A stretch of DNA of 64,000 nt from Nymphaea colorata (Eukaryota): the NCBI RefSeq assembly GCF_008831285.2, contig NC_045138.2, positions 20,336,001-20,400,000 of the forward strand. Reading direction: 5' to 3'. The notes beneath the pieces were generated by a model that ran no database searches, was not told where the DNA came from, and was given only the letters and a program-made list of their open reading frames with translations. This document shows, in pieces, positions 39,339 through 51,809 of the stretch. The position numbers were made by a program, and so were the translations under genes. Each line of letters starts with the position of its first letter. Positions within the stretch are counted from its first letter, which is position 1.

Positions 39339-42300
39339 TGTTTGTGTGTATATCTAAATATATCATTTGTTATATAGCTATTTAACTGAATAGTAGCCTT
39401 ATTTCTTTATAGTTACCATTATCACAAATTTCGTTTTGGGTATAAAACAATGAGGTTTTTCTTGGGTAGAATATGGCAAAGTTGAAATCTCAGAAAATCT
39501 CAGCAAGTTTTAAAAAAGTTAAAAACTAAAATAAAATGTGAAAATTTTGAAAATAAAAATATGGTAAATTAAAAAATATGAAAAATACAAAAAAAAAATT
39601 CCCATTTTTTTCATTTTGGCATTTTTTCAGAAAAGCACTTTTTTTCGTTTTTTTTCAGCTGACTTATTTTTAACATTTTTTTGTGTTTGTTCAAATAAAA
39701 CGTGTTTTATATGACAATGATATTTACAAATAAACTTTTTGCATCAGAGCTAGTTTGAGCATTTAAAATGGTCAGTTTGGGCCCTATTTAGCTAACCACA
39801 CTTTACATTTTGTGTCATAGAAGCACCAGCACCAGCATCAGCATTGACATGGGTACGACACGAGTGCAGTAGCCGTTTAGGAAAACCCATGTGGCATATG
39901 CACTATACCATATGGTGGGGGTACAGGTATAGGGCGACACTTTTAAGAAGAACTTGAGTGCAAATGCGGCCATATGTGTGTGTGTGTGTGTATAGAAAAG
40001 TCATAAGGCACTTTTATAATAAGATTCTTACTGTAAAAAAAGAAAGTTTTAAAGCAAGATGGTAAATTAGAAAGTAATGGGTCTCTTTTTGGAGATACTA
40101 ATTGACAGAGGATAGTTGGATTCAACTCCTATTGGGATCCATTAGTCCTTTATTTATTTTATTCTATTTGGTTATTTCGTTGGACCCAGATCCATTAATC
40201 GATTGAATTGCTCATTTATTTTAGAGAACCTATTTAAGGGTCACATTCACTTCTTTTAATATTCATTGATTGAGATTAATAAAAAAATTTAGCCCTGATT
40301 TCAGTTTTCCTTTGCTTTCTTTGTTCGTTCTTTCCGTTCATTGTGTTCATTCTTCATTGGATCTACTTTTGCTGCATTCCTCCACATGGATTAGAGGGAG
40401 AAATTCTAATCACTGCATCAGCAATGAAAAAAGGCTTAAAACAGAAAAAAGAAATTATACAACCCTAATCATTTTAGCAACCACGTATAGATGAACAGCG
40501 CACATATGTTTCTTCTTCTTCTTTCTTCCTCCTCCCTCCTCTTTTCTTTGCCTCCTCTTTCTTCTTTTTCTTCTTCTGTTTGTTTGGGTGGGTGCCACAC
40601 CAAATGAACACTGGCACCCAAAGTGCCACATCGATGTTACATAAACTAGGTACCTAAGTCACATGGACATGGGTACAGTTCGGGTACGGTATGGAGATAT
40701 GGGTATGGACATGGCAACTTTAGAAAATATGGAATGGGGGTATGGCAAGATATATATATATATATATGTAGACATGCAAAATAACACAAAAAGTCAAAAT
40801 AAAAGCAACATTTAGAGAAAACAAGTAATATAAATAAAAACATTACATGCTAATGAACAACAACTCTAAAAATAAAATGAAAACTGAGTTGGAAAAAAAT
40901 TAAATCAAACAAAATTAAGTATTTTGAATTATTTTTGATGTAAAAAGTACTCAGGTGTGTCCAAGTACCCACTTTGGATATGAGTACATGTATGCGATAT
41001 GGGTACGTGGACCTTAATGAAGTACCCATGTGACTGAGCTAGGCACCATAGGTGATAGATTTGGCATTTTAAAATGTCCAGTCACCTATGAATAACTAGA
41101 CTAGTCAATCAGCCAAGCCTAGAGATACATGCAAGCCTGGGCACTAGGCTCGTTTATAATGTAAGGCATGTGAGAACAGTGAATGCATTTGTGAAGTAAA
41201 CATATAAGACCTGTAAGCTATTACCAATTTGTTTGGTTTTCAAAATTTGCCATAAATAATTTGTTTACAACTTTACATGCAATTTAGAATTTGTAACTCT
41301 ATACAGTAAAAATAGTACATAACCACCTCATTATCAACTTGCTAACTATAAGTATTAAAAACTCTATAATGCTATGCTCAAATTTCTTTACATATAATTA
41401 AAATTAGTTTACCATGTCAGGAAACGCAAACAAAACACAAGTTGTACACTTCAAAACCAATTCCCTAAGAAACAAGTTCTCAATGATCAGGTAGGGTTTT
41501 GGCCTAAGTCACACAGCTATGAGTGTGGTTCAAGTATGGGTACGGACACAACAACTTTAGAAATGTGGGTATGGGGGTACAGCAGGATATACATAAGTAT
41601 ATGTGCAAAATAATACCAAAAAAAATCAAAATGAAATCAAGATTAAATAAACAAGTGATTTTAAATAAAAATGTTACATGTTAATAAACAATAACTATAA
41701 AAACAGAATAAAAACCGAGTAAGAAAAAATTAAGCACTTTTGGATCGATTTCATCTAGAAAGTACCCAAGTGTTGTCAAGTACCCACTTGGGGTACGGCA
41801 CAGCAACACGGGTCTGTGGACCTCCATGTGACTTAAGTTTTGGCAGACCTGATGTCAACTCTTATATCTGAGAAATTTGTAGTTTTGTATACTTCAATAA
41901 GGTCCCTGTACCCATCTCGCCATACCAACACAGCAAAACAGATACTTGGACATGCCTGGGTATTTTTTGGATCAAAACTGATACAAATTCCTTAGTTTTA
42001 CTTGATTTAGCTTGTTTCTAACTTGGTTTTTATTCTGTTTTTGCATGTTGTTGGCCATCATATGTATATATCCTGCCATACCCATGCACCCACATTTTCT
42101 GAAATTGCTCTGCATGTATATTTATATTTATATTTATATTTATATTTATATCCTGCCATACTCATGTACCCACAATTTCTGAAATTGCTCTGCATGTACC
42201 CGTACCCGCATGCCAGGAAGGTACTAGGTAGGCATCTAAAAACATTTAATTCCAGCAAGGTCAAGCATTTTCTGGAATATGCACTCAATGGAGGAGGCCG

Positions 42301-44592
42301 GCAATAAGTAGCAATAAAGGACGCAGTTCTGCCAAAGATATGTTTCCAATGAAAGACTAGAAAGAAACAGAAGCAAAGAGTTTCTACAGTGATGCGAACG
42401 TAAGAGCACACCTGCTGCTTTGTAGGCTTTCGAAAGTTAAGAGGCAGACAGTAATTGATGAGGCTTTTCAGTTTTTGGCTATAGCGGTCATTACAAATAC
42501 AAATAATTGGAATCTTTGCAATCTTTATACTAGCAATGAGATCAGCAACACCACCTCTATCTCCAGCAGACATTCCATCCACCTCATCCATTATCAGAAC
42601 AGACTTAGTTTTCTTTGTCCTGTAAGTAGAAGAAACAATCAAACGCCAAAAATAGGGAAAAGCAGATCTTTGAAACAGAAATCCTGACTTTAAAAAACCA
42701 AACCTGCCAACATTAACAGAAAGGGAAGCATTATTGACAAGTTCTTTTACTGAATTTGATGTGCTTCCACCAATGCCTTTAGTAATTTTACTGTCAGCCT
42801 TTCCACGGCTATCGCTAGCATTCACCTAGAGAATAACATCAAACTGAGAACCAAGTTAAGGACAGGAAAAACGATCAATAAAAAAAGGGTTACCTCAACA
42901 GCCTCAAATCCAAGCATCTGGCTAACCAGCTTTGCAGTAGTACTCTTCCCAATACCAGGTGACCCACTCAGCAACACAGCCTTCTTAGATGCACCGTCAT
43001 TCTGCTTTTTCCCCTTGCTCTTATGGCCAGAATGTAGATGTTGCTCATCCCAGTGCAACAACCAATCATGCAATTGTTTGATCTAAAAAGTAACAATGAA
43101 GAGAGGCTTTGAGTATTATGACCAGGAATAAAAAGGAAAAACTCGAACAAAAAGGTGAAAATAAGAACTATTAGATTGCAATGAGCCAAATGACAAGACC
43201 AGATAGGACAAGCAAATTCCATACAATTGACTGATTGCCAATGATATCATTCGGAACTTTAGGCCGATACTTTTCTGTCCACGGCAATGCATGTTTCACT
43301 AAAGTCTGAAGCTTTCCTTTACCAGGAGAGGAACTTGACTTTTCAGTAACCTTTTCAAGCCTTTTTCCTGGGGATGGCATTCCTGTGGGAGAAGAACAGC
43401 AATCAAGAAAACAGATAACTGAAAGACGCAAACTTTTAAGTAAAATACAAGCACAAAAAACATCAAGCAAAAAATATACCATTCTCACCTTCAGTAGAAG
43501 AGCAAGAAACAAAATACATTGAACAAACATAACAGGATCATAAACTATAGAAACTTACCATCAGGGGACAACAAAATGCAGACATTATCCTTTGAAAAAA
43601 ATGAAGATACAAAAGATAAGTGAAAAGACAGTCCCCACTACTACATAGGCTGCAAAAGAGTGAGTTTTACTGGATATGCAATCCGACCAACTGAGTTTGA
43701 AGGCAGAAATGGATTACAAAATAAATCCAGTCATAAAATTGATTTGCATATTGGTTAACATATTTTGATTCATCTAGATTCAGATGTCAGATTCGCAGTA
43801 AAAAGATCCAATTGGAGTGACCATTTGACAATTGATATGAGTTTTGGAGTCAGATATACCTTCAAATCTGAAGGAATCTTAATACACATTTAAATCGGTC
43901 ATTATGTAAAAAATAAAAATCAACTACACCATGAGTAGTTGATTTGAAACACAATTATTTTTCTTTCTTTGTTTCAGAGTTAATCTAAGATGCAACTTTA
44001 TTTGAAAATATGTCAAATACAATATAGAAAAGCAACATAGGTTCTCTGTCCAAATTAACTCTTGTATACTTCATTAATAAACATTTCATAGAATAATAAC
44101 GTGCAGAAGTTTAACAGACATCCAAAGTTAAATGTTAGACTTGGTAACTGAACAGGCAATATCAAGAGATTGCTAATAGACATAAGTAATAAGAAGTTGC
44201 ACTAAAAGAGAGACCTATTTACAAAGAAGTTGAGCCCAAAGGACTTGAGGATATAATATCTAATGAAAATAGTTTTAAAATGTGTACATAAAATTGTGTC
44301 AGTTGTTCCAGGACACTGCCAATATTGTTCCAATACTTATTTGACAGTTATAAAACTGAGTTTGGAATTTATTGGTTTGTCATTTATAAATCATTAATAA
44401 TTTCCTTTTATACGTGACTTTTAGCCTAGGCTACATCCAGACGCCCTTGAATCAGATTTCAATCTAAGGATCTCAGATCCAAGGGCAGCTCTAAGGCATG
44501 CTTGCTGGTCCCCCTCTCTCTAACCCCCGGACTCATGGCTAAGGGTTTTGTCTTTCCCAAATCCATGGCTGCCGCAGCCAAGGGTTTTGTTA

Positions 44593-44637
<45 letters not shown>

Positions 44638-47600
44638 AAACCCTCAGCCACCATAGCTGAGGGTTTTGCCTTTTTTTCAAACCCTTAGCCATGGTGGCTG
44701 ATGGTTTTTCCTCTCCCTTTGGCCACCATGCCTGAGGATTTTGTCTTTCTCTCGAACCCTCCATCGTGGCTACTAAGGGCTCTCTCTCTCTCTCTCATTC
44801 GGACGGGCCTTTATTACAATGGCCGGACGGTCCCACCACAGTTGCCCTCACGGATCTGACATCCACACATGAAGTCTGACCCCCTCCCCACTCTATTACG
44901 ATGGTCGGAGTGATCCTGCAACAGCTTCCCTCACAAGTACTATTGACCTAATCATATGGGTGCTTTAAAATGCACCCAGCACCTAAGTCAATCCGAGGCA
45001 GGACACACAGGTGTGGCTACACTATGCACTTGAGTTGCACCTGCTTTCTCTTTTTTTTTCTCCCTTTTTCCTTTTTTTCTCACCCTTTTTTTGTTTCCCT
45101 CCTATTTTTCCCTTCTCTCTCTCTCTCTCTCTCTCTGCCCCTCTCTCTAAATAGAAGGACAACAAAAGGACCAGCAGTCAGTGATCCTTTTTAAAGGACA
45201 ACCAGACTGTCTATATTCTTAAAAAAAAAGACTTTATTTTATGCAACTATAAATTTTAAAAATAAATTACATTCTATTTCCATGTGCCCTTAAAATGCAC
45301 ACAGCACCCACACTCAATTTAAAATGCACACAGCACCCACACTCAATTTAAAATGCACTCACCAAGCAAAATGACCTTTGAAAAAGAATTATTTTCATAA
45401 GAAAAATATAAACATATAAAACTAATATACATATAGAGCCACACATGACACACACACCCCCAAATTTTATGAAACGTGCTGCACTGGCATCCCCACATCC
45501 GCACTGACACCAGCACCCCGCACCTATGTGACATAGTATTGGTCTTAGTTGCTCACAAAAAGAAGAGCTTTTATGGTTTAGAAAGCAAATTCCAAAATTC
45601 CAAGATGCATTATGTTAAAGAGAAGACTGCTAGAACTGGAAGCACAAGAATACCAAAAAGTTCATAGTGGATTCACAATATTCATACACATGAGGAACCA
45701 AATGGGCCAGAAGAGTGTAATATAAGTTCAAGACAAAATAAAAATTTTCCATTCACAAACAAATTGTAAAGCGATAACCAAAATGAAAAGACAAGCCCAT
45801 AAGTGAACACCCAAAGGGCCAAAAGCAAGACCTCTTTCAGACGATCTTTTTTGTGAATAATATGAATAACAAAGAGTAACACACCATTTTCAACATCTTT
45901 CCTCTTACTAGCGATACTTGACAAACAGAGTACTAGAAAGCCATAGGTCAAGCTTCTGGTCTGCCGAGTTGTGTAATTGAAACATTCGTATCCTTTAAAG
46001 GCAAGGCATGAATAAACTGACCACCAAGGGCAAGGATCCTCATGCAAAAATTAGATGCTTGTACATGTTAAAAGATGAGTTAAATTTGACAGCTGAACCT
46101 TCTTATGGATGAGCTGCTTGATACCTCAAAATTTCCATTTAAAGCATGAAACAATGTCTGTAAGGAATGTTTATGAAATCAAGCTAAAATCTCAAAATGT
46201 TATGTGCATACCCTTTTGTTCAACTTTTACAGGAGAACTAACACTGCTTGGCTTCGCCTGGGAACTATCAGTTGCCTTCCTTTTTGAATTTCCATCAGGA
46301 GAAGCTTTTGGGGGCTTAGACTTGCGGATCATATCAAACAGCCCATCTTCTGATAAAAAATTTACACTGAAACAAGAAATAATATGTTAATTATGCTTAA
46401 CAACATCTACGCAAGCATCACATAGAATCACATAATTAAAAAAAATGGGGAAAAGATATGTGTGTGCATGTGCTTGTGTTTAAAGATGGGACAAACTGAT
46501 AAAGAATAACAACCCAAGTTCTTTCGCTTTAGAAGATTTTACGCCTCCAATATCCTCATCAGCTAAAAGATAAGACTGCAAACAGTCGCATCATCCAAGA
46601 ATGAGCATAAACAAGTTAAGACTTCCAAACCAGAATCCACAAGGAACTAGGAAAGGATAAGCAAATACAACAAGAGAAGCTTCTAAGAGAAGAGACCGTC
46701 TTTTTGCTGACTGAACCAGTAACACGACCACCATGACGCTTGATCAAATCTTCAGCTTCCTCCCTCTCCAAGCTGTAACAAGCGGACCAATTCAAGATTG
46801 TGAACTCCAGAATTCCCCAAAAACTTCGAACATATAGTAGATATACCTGTCAAGTGTTCCACTGATCACAAACGTTAGGCCCGCTAAACAATTAGGAGCA
46901 CCATCTGGCACTTCCTGCAAAAGACAAAGGGCACACTCACATTAAGGAAACGGAAAGCCGTTAAACAACAGAGACCACCAATATCATGTGCTAGTCAAAA
47001 TGTTCACCTTCTCCCCTTTATGTGGAGGATCTTTTCTCTCTCCAAACATAAACCCTCCTCTGCCACCTCCTCTTCCTCTACCACGACCGGCTGCAGAGCC
47101 CCCGGCTCCTCTACCACCACCACCACCCCTTCCAGCAGGTTTAATGGGTGCTGCAGATGGAGTCTTTTCATCTTCTTCTTCATCACTGTCCACTGACTTC
47201 GATACGACCGCTTTGCCTGAACCGCTCTTCAACCTCTTAGCGTCCTTCTTAGGTGTGACTTCGACCACTTTCTTCTTAGCACTCGGCACTACAAAGTCCT
47301 CATCATCGTCGTCACGACCTTTATGTATCTTCTTTCCCACAGGTGTTCTGGTATCTTCAGCCTCTTCCTCAACTTCAGTGCTCTTCTGTGCCTTTCTTTT
47401 TGCAGAGTTCTTCTCAGGTTTAATATCTTCTTCCGGTTTCTGCTTCTCCCCTGCTCCTAGCCCGGCAGCAGACGCAAAGTATTTGCTAGTTTTCCTTCTA
47501 CCCGAGCTTGGTTCGTCCACTGGAATCTGATCCTTGCAAAGAAGCAAAGAATGCATCAACCACTCATGATTCTTGACCCGATACAATCATGAAATGCAAA

Positions 47601-47870
47601 AAGAAACAGAACTATCAAAACAATACATGGTAGACTTACTGGTTTTGGAGATTGCACGTCCTTGGCAGGTTTCTCTGACTTGGGGAGGGCTCCATTTCCC
47701 TTGTCGTGCTGTTTCATGAACCATTTCCGGATATCCGACTGCAATGCAGGATAAAAAATAGCAAAAAAATGAAAAACAGTGACCAAGCTCTGCAAAGCCC
47801 ACAAAGAGGCAAAATCCAGGTTTCTGTCATAAAGATGGCAAAAAAAGTATCGAATCCCTAATCTCACCAT
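30658..47870 (-). CDS. RFC1: Replication factor C subunit 1 (BRCT + AAA+ ATPase + RFC1 C-terminal), ~971 aa
   Basis: Minus-strand exons: 47868-47870 (ATG only), 47640-47738, 47008-47526, 46847-46914, 46697-46772, 46514-46575, 46212-46366, (45885-45932 optional), 43225-43382, 42894-43082, 42704-42825, 42412-42619, 38696-38749, 38103-38272, 34500-34590, 33730-33911, 33601-33640, 33351-33475, 32573-32645, 32387-32479, 31329-31575, 30871-30930 and 30658-30779. Phases are consistent. Motifs: [14 protein letters not shown] ([37 protein letters not shown]), WTEKYRPK, Walker [16 protein letters not shown], Walker [42 protein letters not shown] and a C-terminal KRKR. Confidence 0.96.
31090..31265 (-). 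mobile_element. tRNA-derived SINE-like element in an RFC1 intron
   Basis: On the minus strand there is an A-box-like TGGTTCAGTGG and a B-box-like GGTTAAGTCCC at tRNA-like spacing. No cloverleaf could be formed. Confidence 0.45.
36017..37555. mobile_element. Non-autonomous hAT-type DNA transposon (outer element) in an RFC1 intron
   Basis: TIRs CAATGTTAT...ATAACATTG. Perfect 8-bp TSD ATTACAGC at 36009-36016 and 37556-37563. Dense subterminal CGATACG/CGTATCG repeats at both ends. Confidence 0.9.
36542..37291. mobile_element. Related non-autonomous hAT-type element nested inside the 36017-37555 element
   Basis: TIRs CAGTGTTGTA...TACAACATTG. Perfect 8-bp TSD GTTGATAG at 36534-36541 and 37292-37299. 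Same CGATACG subterminal repeats, including a 20-bp unit repeated about 3 times. Confidence 0.9.
39168..39900. mobile_element. Related hAT-type MITE (TATGTCACATGGG termini) containing a long (TA)n
   Basis: Termini TATGTCACATGGG and CCCATGTGGCATA, with GGTGC/GCACC subterminal repeats. TSD not clear. Confidence 0.55.
40654..41038. mobile_element. hAT-type MITE (CTAAGTCACATGG TIR family)
   Basis: TIRs CTAAGTCACATGG / CCATGTGACTGAG. TSD CTAGGTAC / CTAGGCAC (7/8). GGGTAC/GGGTATG subterminal repeats. Confidence 0.8.
41504..41836. mobile_element. hAT-type MITE, same family as 40654-41038
   Basis: TIRs CTAAGTCACA / TGTGACTTAA. Perfect TSD GTTTTGGC at 41496-41503 and 41837-41844. Internally colinear with 40654-41038. 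Confidence 0.82.
41905..42220 (-). mobile_element. Degenerate reverse-oriented copy of the same MITE family
   Basis: Contains reverse complements of family motifs (TATATCCTGCCATACCC...CCCACATTTTCTGAAATTGC, duplicated). Ends are not clear. Confidence 0.55.
44949..45536. mobile_element. Related hAT-type MITE (reverse orientation)
   Basis: Ends TAATCATATGGGTGC...GCACCTATGTGACATAG. Flanks TATTGACC / TATTGGTC. GCACC repeats and an internal ~30-bp tandem duplication at ~45291-45360. Confidence 0.55.
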
Positions 47871-48137
47871 GACGCAAAAAAATATCGAAAGTCGATCGCC
47901 TTTAGTGGTTTCTCTTTCCCTTCACGGATGAAACCGGTTACACTAAAAGATTGCCCTATAACCTTCCCGAAGAAACCTCGAACTCTTCCCAAATCGGAAT
48001 CTCGAATCTTCCAAGTCTGCTCATCGATGGTCCTGAGAGGAAGAAGAATGAGAGAAAACGAATGAACGATGCAAGAAAAGAGAAAACTTTCGTGGAGAAG
48101 TCTAGCAGAGAAATCGACAAGAAGAGAGGGAATAATG

Positions 48138-48145
48138 GCGGCAAA
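48138..48145 (-). promoter_or_regulatory. E2F-like site TTTGCCGC upstream of RFC1
   Basis: Matches the TTTSSCGS consensus ~270 bp 5' of the ATG of a DNA-replication gene. Confidence 0.4.
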
Positions 48146-50653
48146 ACTTTTTCTATTCTTTTTCATTTTTTTTCCTTTTCCCTTAACTGAGAAAAATTAA
48201 AAACACAGAAACAACTACAATTTAAATGAAAAACAAAGAAACCATCTGAGCCAAAGAATGTTACAGAGAGAGGAGCTTTGCTTCTTCATCATTCCAGTGG
48301 CTCCTCCTCTGAAACGATCGACACCTCTTTTCCGCTTCCGGACGGGAAGCCTCGAGTTCGTGTCAAGAAAACAACAAATTTTATAAAATCAAAAAAAAAA
48401 AAAACTCTTTGATACTGTCCGGACCGTCCATCAAGACGGATGGACGGTGCTTTCCCTATCAATTGATTGGACCCATATAGACCCGAATTTGCCTCGCTCC
48501 AGATTTGTACTCAAGACTTGTTCTGGGATGGCCCACTGCTGCGAACGGCACAGATTGGAGTTGGATTCTATCGTATCTGAACCTAGATCCAACATTATTT
48601 CTGTTGAATCCAACCTAAAAATCTAATTAATTGGATCCAAGTTCGAATCTGAAAAATTGCATTGTGTTACCAAATCTGACACGAAGTCCCAAAATTATGG
48701 GACCTCATAGCAAGGGCCAAACTGGATCTTAAACGATGATCCGACTTCAATCTAAATCTTCCAATCTCGAATTTGATCCCAAGTGTATCCATAGTTCATC
48801 CAAAATTCCCAATTATTTTAAAAAAATGACTTTTCAAAAGCACACAAAAAAAATTGGTAGAGAACACACTTAGACTCTTTTCTTACTGCCAAAAAACAAG
48901 ATAGTTTGTTTATGGTTAATGAAAAATATTTATAAGATTATTTTTTAAGTTTTAATTGTTAAATTAATAAAAAAATAGCGGTTTTATTAAAAATATGCCC
49001 GACTCTGTTAATACAATTAAGTGTTTATTAAAAAAATTACTAACGTTAATAAAAAAAATACCACTTAATTATTTTAAATATTGATAAAAAGCTAACTTAG
49101 TTGGATGTAATTAATCTTGTCTTCGTATTACTAGATATTGTTAAATACAAACTAACGAAATTAAAATGTTCCTCTATTAAAGGCAAATTGATTTTGTCAT
49201 ATTAACTCAAGTTTAAGTTCATAGTAATGGCGATTATTGCCTAGCATTGAAAAATAAATTAGAGAAGTTTATAAGTTATGGAGAAGACAAAGCCCGTTAG
49301 TTTAGTAGGAAGAACACTTAGGAAGTGAACAATGAATTTGCCCCAAATACTAAGGCAGGTACATAAAATACTAAAATTATTATTTTATGAACCTGTCTCA
49401 ATGTTTATGGTAGATTCATTGGACACTCAGTGAGTGTCCTTACCGTAAAAAAAAACCATAGGCATGCACTTGCCCTCTAAAGTTTAAATGCCTTTTTAGC
49501 ATTAGGAAAAATTGGAGCTTGTTTTTTTCAATATTGTCAAAATTTTAAGCCTATTTTAGAAAAAATTTTGAAAGTAAAGGGTAATAGCAAAAAAAATGAT
49601 TAAAACCAACTACTTGATCATTATGTCACAAAAAAATAATGCATTTTCTAAAAAAGGAGAAGGATTTAATGCATTCCTAGCAATTTGATGATGAGAGGTT
49701 CCACCTTGGTGGAATTAGATGGGAGATTTTAGGGTGGTTATCATAGGGGATTAAGAATCATATGAAATATTGCATTGATAAGACTTGTAGAGGCTTTCTC
49801 ATCTAATCTTATAGAAGCTTTTGTCACTTGATTGGGTAAGCTCACTTAGAGAAGTAATGGTTTTAGAAGTGCTGATCAGCACAAGCCATGGAATGGGAGA
49901 GGATAATGTGCAAACCAGATTGGTGCTTTGGCATAACGGATGAGGTGGAAGCTGGTAGGCGGTCAGTCTCTGTTTCAAATTCTTAGAGCATCAATTTCGT
50001 GTGATGCACAAGTAAAGCATTGACATACAATCTGATTCATCGGTTGTGTTGTTGGGCGATAAGATCAAATTCTCTTCCTGATCACCCCCTGCTATTCAAA
50101 CCCTAGATTTTGATTCTAAAACAAAAAGATTTTATTAGAACCGAGTGGAACACAAAGACTTTTTAGATGCTTGATGGCAAGAGTCAAACAACAACAACTA
50201 AGCATTTGCTCATTGTTTGGATATGTCCAATTGTTTTTTGTTTTTATCTGACCATGTCAAATTTGATGATGTCCAAAGTAGAGTGGATGAAGTTGGAACC
50301 TTATGATGGAAGAGTTAAGGCATTAACAGTGGAAGAAGTATTATAGAAGGTGAAAGCTAAAGTCAAATTATCATAGGAAAGAGATCAAAAACTCAATTTC
50401 TTTCAAGAAATAACTTGTGGAAGATCAAACAATAACATAATGACGAGCACGGAAGTGAGCACATAATATATTAGACTAATAAAAAAGAGTTAGATGCTAC
50501 TAATAGTCGCCTTATAATAGCTATCGAGAGGCAAAGCCACTCTACTTCCCCTTGTCCTTAGGGTTAAGGGTTGCTTCGAGATCTTGGTGGTCTTTTGGTA
50601 CATCCTTTAACTCAAATGACGTGCATGTCACTGTTTGCGGTCCAAAAAAGTAG

Positions 50654-51350
50654 CATCTACAAGAAAAAAAAGAAAGACCAACGTCTAGAAAACTAAACGT
50701 TAGACGTTAGGTGAAATACTACTTTTACCAACATCTGACTTTAAATGTCAGTGAAGATTAATTTTTACCGATGTCAAAAAATAAGATGTCAGTGAAAGTA
50801 GTCTTCACCAATAAGATGTCATTGCTTCTGACGTCCAATTTGAAAACGTTGATAAACATGTCACTTTTACCGACATCTAGCAAAACAGTGGAAAACAACC
50901 TTTCTCAACACGTGCCACTAAGATGTCATTTTGAAGTTGAACTTTTATTGACGCCCAGCTCAAAAACATCGCTAAACATTTCACTTTTACCGACATTCAC
51001 AACAGAACATTGGTCAAACTACTTCACAAACATAGATAAAAAGAAGTGAGTTTTACCGAAATGTGGTCTTGCTCGCGTCACTAAAAGTTTCTTTCAATGA
51101 CATATGTAAAACGTTGTTAAAGGTTGACACTAAAATTTTACGATATTTTCAAGTAAACTTTTACCCACACATCCCACGCGTCAGTAAAAAATTCCCCAAC
51201 TATAACTCGGTCTGAGCCTTTTTTTCTCTTTTTTTCTTGTTACCTCTTTTCCTTTCTCATTCCTCTTCTTTCAACCAGCGTTTACCAAAGTTTTTGGGTG
51301 ATGGCAGGTGTTCTGTAACAATTTTTGACATCTAAATGATAAAAATGTCA
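50654..51350 (+). mobile_element. Truncated CACTA (En/Spm) terminal region
   Basis: CATCTACAAGAAAA at 50654 is one insertion away from the CACTACAAGAAAA TIR. It is followed by many direct and inverted CACTTTTACCGAC / ATGTCAGTGAA subterminal repeats. No second TIR was seen. Confidence 0.6.
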
Positions 51351-51550
51351 GTTGCTCAAACTTAATGTAAGTTCTTTATATTTGTGAATGGTTTTAGGTT
51401 ATGAAATTGTTTTAGGGTAATGATTTTAGATTTTTGGATTCAAGTTCTTGTGCTTTTGCATTACAGCCTTCTTCAACAAGCTACAAAGACAGTGTTGCCA
51501 CCGGCTCTTTCTCTCCACAGAGTAAGTTCTCTTACTTTTGCAAATGGTGT

Positions 51551-51809
51551 ATGGGCATCAGGCGGTCTCGGCCCGGCCTGATGTTCGAAACTCAAGTCCT
51601 GGCTCGATGCTCGGGCCTGGGCCTGACACAGTTACAATAAAAAATATTTTTAAAATATAAAATATTTTTAATATAGAATATATATTTAAATAATAAAAAT
51701 ATTATATTAATAATAAAAATCATTATTTAAAAGTTATTGGGCCAGATCGGGGCCGAGTCCCCAAGCCGGATACCGGGTACCCACCGGTGGCCCAGTCACG
51801 CCCAAGTCT
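51551..51809. mobile_element. MITE (GGGCATC/GCCC-rich ends, AT-rich core) inserted in an L1 relic
   Basis: Flanked by the 8-bp direct repeat AATGGTGT (51543-51550, 51810-51817). Similar to 2041-2280, which has TTGGGCATC..GCCCGATGCTCGAAAC, an AT-rich core and a 27-bp tandem duplication. Confidence 0.7.

Noticed and set aside
39105..39385. ORFs with YIYIYI runs (also at 12496, 17309, 59978)
   Set aside because: They are translations of (TA)n microsatellites.
46988..47530. 180-aa plus-strand Pro/Ser-rich ORF
   Set aside because: It is the antisense shadow of the Gly/Lys/Glu-rich RFC1 exon 47008-47526.
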